Shown: piece by piece, positions 53,890 through 64,000 of the stretch
Layout: each line of letters opens with the position of its first letter
Position numbering within the stretch: position 1 is the first letter of the stretch
NCBI GenBank assembly: GCA_009103225.1
Contig: RHPI01001616.1
Location: forward strand, 560,731 to 624,730
Source of the DNA: Chlorokybus atmophyticus
Taxonomy: Eukaryota; Plantae; Mesostigma and Chlorokybus algae
DNA length: 64,000 nt
Direction: 5' to 3'
Notes under the pieces: model-generated
The model's database searches: none
Seen by the model: only the letters and a program-made list of their open reading frames with translations
What the model was told of the DNA's origin: nothing
Made by a program: the position numbers and the translations under genes

Positions 53890-56595
53890 TTATACGAAAG
53901 TGAAGCCCATGGGCTGAAGCGTGGGAGCACCCGCGGCAGCGCCGCCCGACGTGGGAGACTTCTGACCGTGCTCAATGATGTTGTCGCTCTGGCCGTCAAT
54001 CCACCCCGCAGCATCAGAAGTAGAGGCTGGCACACGAACAACATCAACACAACATCACGATGCCACACAGTTGTTGCTTTGCGCACGCACACGCACGTGT
54101 GCGTGCGCTGGCATGCGCACACATGCACACACGCATGAGAGCGCGCGTGTACACGCACACACACATATATACACATGCCCATTTACATTTGACTCACCGT
54201 TGTTGTTTGGTTTGGCCTCCGTTGGGCTCACGGGCGCTGCGCCGCTGCTGGTGTTGAGCTTGGCCTTGAGCTGGGTGATCTCCATGACCAGTTTCTGGAT
54301 CTGAGCAAGGCTCTGAGTCGCCTGCTCCTCCACGGAACGCACAGTGCTAAGGCCAGAAGGAGCAACCTGGGACACAACAACACAAGGTGAGTCAGACGCT
54401 TGACATTCGCACAGACACGCTCACACGTGCACACACACAGGCACACAAGCGCACGCACACGCATGCGCACGCGCACGCGCATGCACACACGCACAGATGC
54501 AAGCGCATACAGGCACACGCACGCGCGCACACACACACGCACACGCAGACATACCTGTGCTGTGTTGTTGGTGAGTAGTGCCGGCGCGAGTGGGCTGTTG
54601 CTGTTGTTGTTGCTGCCGTACTCCGTTGCCGTTGGCGCGATGGGGGGCGGCGGGCGCTTGGGTCGGCGCTTCATGATGGCCGTCTCGAGGTCACCACCAT
54701 CATAATCCACACCGAATTCGGGCTTGTCAACATACTCGTGAGCATCTGTGAGACAGATACACGTAGTAAGTGAGCTGAACAGTGCGTGTTAGTGTGTGAC
54801 ACGCACACACACACATACACATACCAATCGGTGGGTCGTTTGGTGATGCGAATGCGATGGTAGCAATCGCCTGCGTCCTCAGGATCCTCACTGCTTCTTT
54901 GCCTTCTTCATTCGCCGTCACAAGCGCACAATCATAGGTCCAATGCGCATTGGCCGCTTGCACCAAGCTCGCGAGCTCATCGAATGAACCCGCCAGGCGC
55001 AAAGTCACATCCAAACGCCTCTGTTGGATTTGCAACTGGACAAAAGGAGCCAAAGACCTCGCCGGGTCGAATAGGAGGACCGTGCGTGGGCCAGGGTTGA
55101 TCATCATGGAGTCACGCTTGTTGGATGATGTTGGTTGAGGCATCATCTGCATGTGCATGTTGGCTGCACTCGGGCGACGTGTGCCTTTGTCGAACGAGTT
55201 GGATGGACGTGCGGTTAATGCGTGCGAGCCGTGTGAGCCGCTACCGCTGCCGTTCTCTTTGTTGGGGTTGACGAACATGAAGGAGTTGCGTGAGGTGTTG
55301 AAAGGATCGTTGCCACCACCGTTGCCAAGGAGATGTTGGGGTGTCTCCACCTCAATAGAGAGTCTTGACATGGATGCACGCGGGGATGCAGCAGGAGAGA
55401 TAAACTCCTCAGGATGGTGATTGCGCATGTTGCGGTAGAGCTCATAAGACGCATCGAGTGTGAACCTATTGCCATGCTTGTCTCTGAAGTTCTGGATGAA
55501 GGCATGATGTCCATCTGAGCCCACTTTAATCCCATGTTGCTTGAGGTACTTCTGTTCAGCACGCCAGAGCTTCCTGTGGTGCTTGGCTACAACCCAACGT
55601 ATGTGCCAGTCCTGGAAGGACCATATGTTTTTGGACACCAGGTCTGCAAACACGTGGCCGATGACGGAGCCCCAATGTGTGATGGCGCCGAAACACTCGG
55701 GACCCAATAAGAACAAGACGGGGAAGCAGGACCAGGAGGAGAAGTAGGAGATGGCCATCCAGGTCACGTACTTCTTGCAGTGGATGGGAACGATGGCGTG
55801 GGACTCACGGAACACCTTGAAAGAAACGAGAGTGAGCAAGAGATCACTACTTGTGGTACAATCTATCAAGTAGTTTAATCAAATGTAGTACAAGATAATG
55901 ATACAAAAAGACGGTTGTACGATTGTAGGGTCACCACAGCTCTCTACTACACCATCACACAGACTGATACACACAGATTGATACACACAGACATACACAC
56001 ACTACAATCTCACCTTGAACACCGTCCAGAACATGTAGGATCCATAGGTGAGTCCCAGTCCGAAGAAAAGTCCCTTGACCCATCCATGTGCAAAGGATGC
56101 AGTGATACCCATGATAAGCGTCCCTTGATTGGAGGTCAACAGAGCCATGGTGGCCTCAGAGTACTCCTCCTTCATGCCGGTGAGGTTGGAGAGTGCAATG
56201 AGCAGCACGGGACAAGTAATGAGCCACTCTCCATAGCGAAGCCATAGGACAAACTTGTGTGTTGGTAGGATGATGAGCCAGGGTGCTCCATGGCCAGCGT
56301 AGAGCTCAATGACGTACTTTGTCGTCTCGATGAAGGCGACGTAGACCACCTCCCAGCCGCATGACTTCTTGTAGCGCTGGTAGGCGAAGAAGACCAGGCC
56401 GAAGATGGTGAGGATGAAGGTGACGTAGATCAGGGCGATGGCGATGGTGTGCTCTGAGTCCGTCCCGAGGTAAGGGTGGAAGGCGTGGTCCGCCGTGGCG
56501 GCGGTGTCATTGGTAGTCGTCGCCGTAGGCGTAGTTGCATGGTCCACCACCGGCGTCGCAGAACTACGGTAGTAGGTGTAGTCGTACAGCCCCAT
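53890..56595 (-). CDS. ChR: Channelrhodopsin (chlorophyte/streptophyte type, MvChR1-like), 689 aa, 5 exons (56595-56014, 55815-54825, 54745-54555, 54366-54198, 54026-53890)
   Basis: CGWEVVYVAFIETTKY, WLRYGEWLITCPVLLIALSNLTGM, MALLTSNQGT, SWSCFPVLFLLGPECFG, DLVSKNIW (retinal Lys256), then a receiver-like domain and the coiled coil QIQKLVMEITQLKAKL. Exon lengths sum to 2070 nt. Confidence 0.96.
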
Positions 56596-57999
56596 CGCGG
56601 ACCAAGGGCGGCAGCGCCCCTCGCCCCCGCACCTCCGCTCCCTCCCCCGCTGCCGCCGCCGTCACCCTTAGAGACACCGCCGCCGCCCGCCCCTGCCTTG
56701 GCCTTGGCCCAACGGCCTCTGCCTCCTGACTTTGGCCACGGCACTATTTTAAGAACGCACGCGCAGATTGAAGAGCTCGCTCCTAGAATACAAGCAACTA
56801 CTACTCACTGCACTGACTGGGCTTCACTCACTTGTAGTTCACTGGTCGCTTGTCGCCAACAAGTTGTTGGGGTTGGGGGGCGCACGTGACTGGAATCCCG
56901 GTCACCACATGCAACGCGACGGCTCCTTTTAGGTCCACCCCTACCCTCCCTGTTGGCCGGCACGCCGCCGGCTCATAAGGAGAGCGCGAGAGTGACTAAA
57001 GTTTAACACCTTTGATAAAGATGGCCAGTGGTGAAGGTCGACAGCAAAATGAACGGTGGCTCTGCCGTTACGCATAGTCAGCGCGCGTGTGTGCAGAAAA
57101 AGCGCAACGAGGGGAGAGGGGCGTTCCCGTCCGCCGTGTCCGGACGCGGGGACGCAGGCAGCATTCCGAGACCGATGTCGACCGACCCATCTGTTAGAAG
57201 TCCATCCACTTGTCGGTCATGGTGTAGCGACTTGCTATGGTATCGGGAGCCGGTCCAGTTCCGGTGCAATTAAAAGATAGGAAGTTTCACCCTTCGGTGC
57301 GGGAGAGGACATGCTATTTTCGACGTACATGTGTCCCCCTACGCAAGTACAGTTGTGCTGGTTAGGCTGAACCGCCAAAACTGTTGGTTCAAAAGCGTCT
57401 GGGCGCGATATTTAATTTGCGGGTGACTAATAATACTGAGATGATTGCATGATGGTGGCATGATGAGAGGTTGAGCATCAGCGCCGATCTACCGTGACCT
57501 GACAACTCGATCTACCGTATGCTGCCCCCAAAATAGTTGCGCGGCGCAAGGACCGGTCATGCGGTACCACACTGCCACAGTGACACTGCTTGTGAGCCGT
57601 TACAGCGTGCTATACACAAGAACGTACTAGCGAATCAAGTGACAGCAAGAACCGTACTAATGTAGAACCAGATAGTACCAGTCTGGTGCTATACACTGGT
57701 ATTTGTACAAGTACAGTGTCCTTCGAGTGTTACATTTCAACAACCATCATTTTTGACCTGATTAGCAAGTCAAACGTGATAGTCGTTGACTCCAAGGTAA
57801 AATACCTTTGGTAATCCTACACTTAGAAAGCAATACATGAACATCGTCGCTTGTCAACAGTCCACACGTGATCTTGTAACATAGCTGAAAGGAACCAAAC
57901 CTTCGCGCATCTCAAGCATTCAAACTGCAATTTCAGTTCCATTTACTAATCTATAAGGAAGCAATATGTACTGTACTTATTATTGCATAACAAGTTACG

Positions 58000-58065
58000 T
58001 ATAAAATCATATTGAGTTAATGACACCGAGAAATCTCGGTGTCATTAACTCAATATGATTTTATA
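58000..58065. repeat. Perfect 32-bp inverted repeat, 2-nt loop
   Basis: TATAAAATCATATTGAGTTAATGACACCGAGA-AA-TCTCGGTGTCATTAACTCAATATGATTTTATA. Confidence 0.95.
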
Positions 58066-59289
58066 TAGGTGAGCGTTTTTAAAGAGTACACAATTATGCA
58101 CAATGTGATGGATGCGTATTGTAATAATTTACATAAGCATTGCATGCATGCTTACGTGTGCAATTTTTGCGTAATAGTTGAGTAATGCCAAGAATAGTTG
58201 CGATATAAAGCTATTACATATTAAATAATATGGTACAAGCCGTAAATTGCACCATTAAGTGACTCATTGCCAAAACATTACTAATTAAACACGTCACATT
58301 TTACACGTGGGAAAAATAAAAAGGTTTTTACATGCCGGATATAGCATGCACAATGTTGACTGTACATGGTTAATGCTAGCATATGCACGTACAACTATAT
58401 TACTCATTACTCATTACCTTAGCAATCATACATGAAGTGCAATTGCAGAACATGTGTAAACTCAAAAATGCTGATCAGCAGTTTGAAGTTTACAACAAAA
58501 TTTAAGGGCAAGTATGTCGAACATTTAAATAAATGTCATGTGTAACACAAAGCTTTATAACAAGATGGGAATTTCATATTGACAAGTTGATTGTGTGGTT
58601 GCATAACCAACAATTATAGTGAACTTAAAATTGCTTGTGCAGTTGTTGATAAATTTAAATATATTAAAAACTTGCATCATTACTGCTTGCATTGCTTATT
58701 TTACTTTGGCCTAACACTAATTTAGACATTAAGCAACCACCTCAACCCTGACTATGACACCCGCCGTGTGGATTGTATTGTTCATGACTATTTGCAAGTG
58801 TGCATGCTATATATTAGTATATATATACAGCTGTGGTTATACTTATTCGTAAGCATAATATGACTGTTAGATTGACACTAGCCAACAAGCCAACATATAA
58901 ATAAAGCATTTTACACATACATACACATTATTTCACACATGCAAGTTGCACCATGACATGATTAAAAAGCGCTTTACATTAATTATTGTAATTTTACAAC
59001 ATCTATTGATTTTGTGTGAGAAGTAGCACAAGTATCCATACAAGCCATATTGATCGAGAACGGTTTGAAGCCTTTGTATGGCCTATCGGTAACAACCCTT
59101 ATGTTTGAACTGCATTTGCAAGCACCCTTATCATGTTTGCATATATGCATCCACAAGAATGCAGCATACAACACCATTGTCGCAAAATGTTTCCCCTGCC
59201 GGCCGATTAAATACTGGTAACGGCCGTGAACCTGAGGATACTTATTTAGACTGTCATGGCTTAGTTCACCTGTAATCTCGATATAGAGA

Positions 59290-60780
59290 CCTGAGTATAA
59301 CGGCCGTCCCCGGCCGTTTACACAAAGGGGCTGACCTAGCCTGACAGGTACCTGTCAGGTACTTATCAGTCAAGTCAAAGGGACTTGATTTAACTAACTT
59401 GTACCTGTAAGATACCTATCAGTCAAGCAAAGGTGACTTAGCTTAACTAACAGACTATCTGACCGGTACTTATCAGTTGGGTACCGGCAACTTTGTGGTA
59501 AGTGTCCCTAACTGCTAGGTATCTGGTTATGACTAACGGTACCTTAGAGTACCATCAGTAATGAGTAGGTACCGCGTTTGTGTGACATCGACTGTGCAAG
59601 ACGGCAATCATATATCACAACTTGATTACATTACAGTCATATACATGTCACCTACACAAGACAAGCCTCACTACTAACATACTACGGTATACTACTACAC
59701 TACTACGGTAGTTGTACTACCTACTACACTACAGTCTGCCGCCGCTAAGACTTGTGCTGCCGCTTGCCTGCTGCTTCCGCCTTGCTAGCCTAGCCGTCCT
59801 GAGGAAAGAGGGGCGGTCAGCTAGGGCGGCGCAACACATTATATACACAACACCACCACCACCACCACCACCACCACAACAACAACAACAACAACAGCGC
59901 ACCTGCTGGCGGCCGCCGCCACCGTCGCCGCCTGGCCTGGTGGCCGCCCTGCAACACGAAGAGTGGAAGGGCGGTCAGGCTGCGCTGCTGCGCACTACAC
60001 GACAAGACATGCACAAGCACACAAGCACATACCTGCCGCCGCCGCCGCCGCCGCCACCGCCACTGCCGCCGCCGCCGCCGCCGCACAACGCTCAACTGCG
60101 CAAACTCACGTGACCTTGCGCAGTTGAGCGTTGTGTTGCGGCTTAGCGTTTGGATTCACAAGGGGACCGTTAGACTTAAAAACTCAACGGCTTCCCTTAT
60201 GACACCATTGTACCATTACGATGATACTTATACCATCGTAATGGTACAAAAGTATCAATACAATGGTACCATTGTAAAGGTACTGCTGTACCACATCGAT
60301 GGTACGATCGTATCATTGTATTAAGAGGAAACTTCCATCGTATCATGAATCGATACTTGTCCCAACTCACCGCCACCGCTCGTCCCTAAGTTGGGACTGA
60401 TAAGTCAATTGCTTGCCATTTTAATACGTTATCGTCGTAAAATGCTATACGACTGGCGGTCGATCGTATTAACTACGTAAATATTCCGTACCATTCGTTG
60501 AAATTAGGGGACTGAGAGGTGACTTTATTGCCATGACAGGTAGGTCGCCGCCGCGGGTGCTGTACGATCGGCGGTCGGCCGTCGACATATATTACAAGCA
60601 GGTTATGACAGGCAGGCAGCAGTCCATTATATTGTACGATAGGCAATCGGCCGTTGATTGTTATCCACAATATACACCGGCAGCCCAGTCAGTCCTGTTA
60701 TGGCCCAAGTCGTCAGGGTAAGGTACGGTCAGGTAGGGTCAGGCACTCGTCAGTCCCTTAGTCCCTGGTCAGTCACCGTG
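59290..60780. repeat. Cluster of palindromes and short tandem repeats, possibly subterminal repeats of non-autonomous DNA transposon(s)
   Basis: 20-nt palindrome 59340-59359; three about 53-bp units starting TAC(T/C)TATCAGT at 59360, 59413, 59467; 20-bp hairpin 60084-60135; 16-bp hairpin 60208-60249; 18-nt palindrome 60259-60276; 72-nt tandem at 60533/60605; recurrent GGGACT/AGTCCC. Confidence 0.6.
59745..59990 (+). repeat. GC-rich dispersed repeat related to 47080-47230 (-)
   Basis: Shared GCCGCT.AG...CTGCTT...GCCTAGCCGTCCTG...GAGGAA.G..GGCGG order. CTGCCGCCGCTAA also occurs at about 50510. Confidence 0.45.
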
Positions 60781-63189
60781 TAATATTTGCAACGATAAAC
60801 GTCGACTTGCATCGACGTGTGTATTGCAACAAGATTGAGGTCTGCGCTAGATAAAGCACCCGATTCATGACATTGCAAAACATATGAGCCCTAATTGATT
60901 GGTTCCTCACATACAGATGCTCAAAAAGAAAGGGTCGTGTAGGTTAAATATGCATAGCTATAGCATGTTAATTACAATTGCCCTAGTTACAAAACATTTG
61001 CATTTACGTTATCATCACGCAAATAATGTCACTAGTCAACATAACATATTATCGGTACGCAGACGACATCCTAAGCCGCCACATGCATGTTTTATGAATT
61101 TGGCCGTTTATGTTAGCATATATTCAAAACGCAAGCTTGGTGGAGTGCACCAAATCCTTACCTTCGTATATAACATTGAGAGTGCAACACATTACTTTAT
61201 AAATATGTGTGATGCAAGTTGATATGCATACATGTTACAATTCCCACGTTCGCATATTACAGTGTGCAAACTTCATCAGTAACCGTTAAGCCGGCGTCCG
61301 CATCTCGGAATCACTCAAACAATAAGCTGCAGTTTTTTAAGTTGCTACCTTGCGTGGAAAAACATATTATTCATGCGGTCTTGCCATGTATATGTTACAA
61401 CAATGTTAATGTTATTGCTACTTACAATAACATCTTACATTTATCAAGGTCATCATAACTGGTGTCACCAAACATCATTGCAGCTATCTTATGTTATATT
61501 GCATATATGACATGTTATGCTATATGATGTATATAGTATATATACTATATAGCATAACATTATGCATCTTACATGCGCATGTTATCACATGATATGCACG
61601 CAATGCTGCTAGTCGCATAGTAACAAAATAATACGCAATAGTACGCGTACAACAAGCAGTCATTAATCATACGTTGAAAGTACGTGAAAGCGTACGTTAT
61701 TGGGCTACAATAGGTCATTTTCGTAAATGACCGCGGATTGCGCAGCAAACGGCCTTTGGTGACGTGACGCGCGACTTGTCACGCGGCGGGTAGGTCGCGG
61801 CAGCGCCGTGCGACCCACCTCACCTACCGGTATTCGCACTGCAAGTAATAAAGCATCTTTTGAAAAATGTTATGAAGTTGTGTAATAACATGTTATGCGA
61901 AAGCATTACCATTAATAATGACATTGATTATATCATGTAATTGGTGGGATCAAACATGTATGATTATAATGTACAATGAGTTGCCCATCATCACTTGTTA
62001 GCACACATATTGCATCTTAGACATTATCAATATTTATTAATCGTGCGCATGAATAGAATATAAAATATGTACTGGCCGACGTACTGTGGAAAAAGTACGA
62101 CAAAGCACGCGTACTTTGCATACCACGTACTAGTACGCATACTGCGTACTTTGTAACTATGGCTAGTCGTGCTATTAATACATCATAGTAGTGCGTCTGC
62201 TTATGGTATCAACACTTAGTGTTTATGGTATAAGCCAAAGCTAGGTTGACCGGTAATGTCTAAACTGTTAAGTTTCAGTAAAGTTTAAGCAGCATGCTAC
62301 GATAGATGTAAATCCTCAACAACCACACGCGTGCACCCTGTTGCAAAAAGCATTCCTTATGATGTGTAGATTTATAGCCAATCACTCAATGAGCTGATTG
62401 GCACATGAGTGTGGCACAAAACATCTAAACTTGCTGTACCGGGAAGGTGCATTGAGTAATTACAAATCAACCATAAAAGCACCAAGTCCTTTATGGTCAA
62501 GTGGGCTGTGACACATGCATATGATTACGCATTACTGTAGCTGTGCAATGGTGCTATTACTCACATAACATTTTACACTTGACAATGTGTTTGCAAGTGA
62601 AGATAACATGTATGTGTTAGCACGTGTTGATGCCACTGCAAGGTAATTAGCCTAAGTTATGCGTAATACACAATATGTAATTTTATGATTGCGCACTGAG
62701 TCATACTAAGCTTTAGTGTAAATGTACTTTTGAATGTGTAAGTCTTGCACCGTAAACCCATAAATCTCAACACTAATTCTCTTGTGTCGTCCTTTGAACT
62801 TTCGCATGGAGCATTCTGCGCTTTTAAGTTTTGAGGCTACTAACATATGTGACGAAGCTGCTAGTGTGTGCATGTACTTTAGCCACACGCATGTATGCGC
62901 AGTCCATGTCGCAGTAATGACAACATCACAAGGCAAATGCGCACTCCCCCTCCCTCACCCCCTCACGCCATACACACAACTCTCGGTGCAGAGAGCCGTG
63001 GTTGTGCAAGCCCAAGTGAACAAACAGTTTACATGAGTTATACAGTGTTCTCCGTTGATTCGGTTTCAAACCTTATAATTTCATACACAGTGCATATGCT
63101 ATGCATGTTTCATGCATGTGAGGGCGGATCTGTTTTGATAATGGTCGAGTGGTAGCAAGCGTTAGTAAATCAACAAGCAAACCATTTGC

Positions 63190-63300
63190 ATGTGCTAAAC
63201 TCTGGGGACAGGAAGATTGGCATGGATGTTGGAGTGATGCCGAAGTGAGCATAGCAGCAACAGACCTGGCCGAAGCCCTAGCGCATAATGCTGATTCCAT
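63190..63300 (+). pseudogene. Possible degenerate coding fragment with a calpain-like WGxxEWxGxWSD motif
   Basis: KLWGQEDWHGCWSD. The catalytic NP that precedes WG in calpains is absent, and no other calpain motif was found. Confidence 0.2.
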
Positions 63301-64000
63301 TTTGTACGTGGCTTATTCATGCAGATGTCATGCTTGTGTTGCGAGTCACAATCACAGCCATGAGTTCTATCATTTGTGCCCGGCAATTTTACACTCGCAT
63401 AACTGCTCGCGCACTGTGGCGTGGGCAGCCCTGCGAGTGCGAAATAGCACGCGGCACTATCTTGTCATACAGTGCCAAGCGCGTGGGAGGATCGAAGGTG
63501 GGCGGGAAAGATCATGTATGTATACGCGCGCATGTGACGTGCGTGGAGAGCACCGCATCACATGCCTTGTACATATACATGGACAAACATGTGCACTCTC
63601 TAGCGCGCTCTGTGCGCTTTCACACTAATCAGCGCGGGGCAGGATAATTAGATAAAGATCTCTCTGTCGCGCGCAACTGCACGCGCAGGAGATCAAGGCC
63701 AAAGCAGGATGCACCCATCAAGGATTGCAGCTCACGAGTACGCGCGTGGGAAGCCAAGCTGCTGCAGTTTTTGTGCAAGTCATCTGAGAAACAGTTGGCT
63801 GCCATACATGGTAGGTAAACCGTAGCCAGTATCCAGCCACTAACAAAACAGAATCAATATGTACCTAGCGCACCATACAAGACAACTCTACTACAATAAC
63901 AAAGTCTCCAACAACACATATCTGCTACTGGGTGTAAATGATGGGAGTGCGATAGCAGCGCAGGTCCAGGCGCAGCTCAAGGTCCGCCAGCGGGGGCGGC

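Noticed and set aside
59340-59500. CRISPR-like array
   Set aside because: Eukaryotic context, only three degenerate units, no unique spacers, no cas genes.
57300-63000. Endogenous giant-virus fragment as the source of the hairpins and the channelrhodopsin
   Set aside because: No viral ORFs are recognisable. The ChR has five exons, host-like introns and a carboxylate counterion, unlike the viral anion-conducting ChRs.

Overview
Eukaryotic nuclear DNA with GT-AG introns, TG/CA-rich introns and N gaps. It is most likely from an early-diverging streptophyte green alga (Mesostigma/Chlorokybus-like). This is inferred from the WOX-like and AP2 domains, a DAD1-type phospholipase A1 and an MvChR1-like channelrhodopsin. 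I reconstructed the exon chains by hand for six apparently intact genes: (1) a three-domain transcription factor, WOX-like homeodomain + KANSL2/INO80D-type C3Hc3H zinc finger + AP2/ERF (5658-7749, -); (2) plastid acetolactate synthase large subunit (15068-17940, -); (3) a bacterial-type RecD2 helicase (to 23168, +; 5' end uncertain); (4) a class-3 lipase/PLA1 with two hydrophobic insertions (32805-35983, -); (5) an At2g34460-like NAD(P)-binding protein (50979-53306, +); (6) a 689-aa channelrhodopsin with natural Asn at the DC-gate Asp156 position and a C-terminal pseudo-receiver domain (53890-56595, -). Between them are a complete but decayed pogo/Tigger transposon with TIRs and TA duplication, two ALS pseudogene fragments, three copies of a convergent small-gene/lipase cassette, an inverted repeat with arms of at least 375 bp, AT-rich islands with perfect hairpins, and long microsatellites. 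The best novelty candidates are the N156 channelrhodopsin, the homeodomain-zinc finger-AP2 fusion, and the membrane lipase with its partner cassette. All family assignments come from motif recognition by eye; no database search was run.
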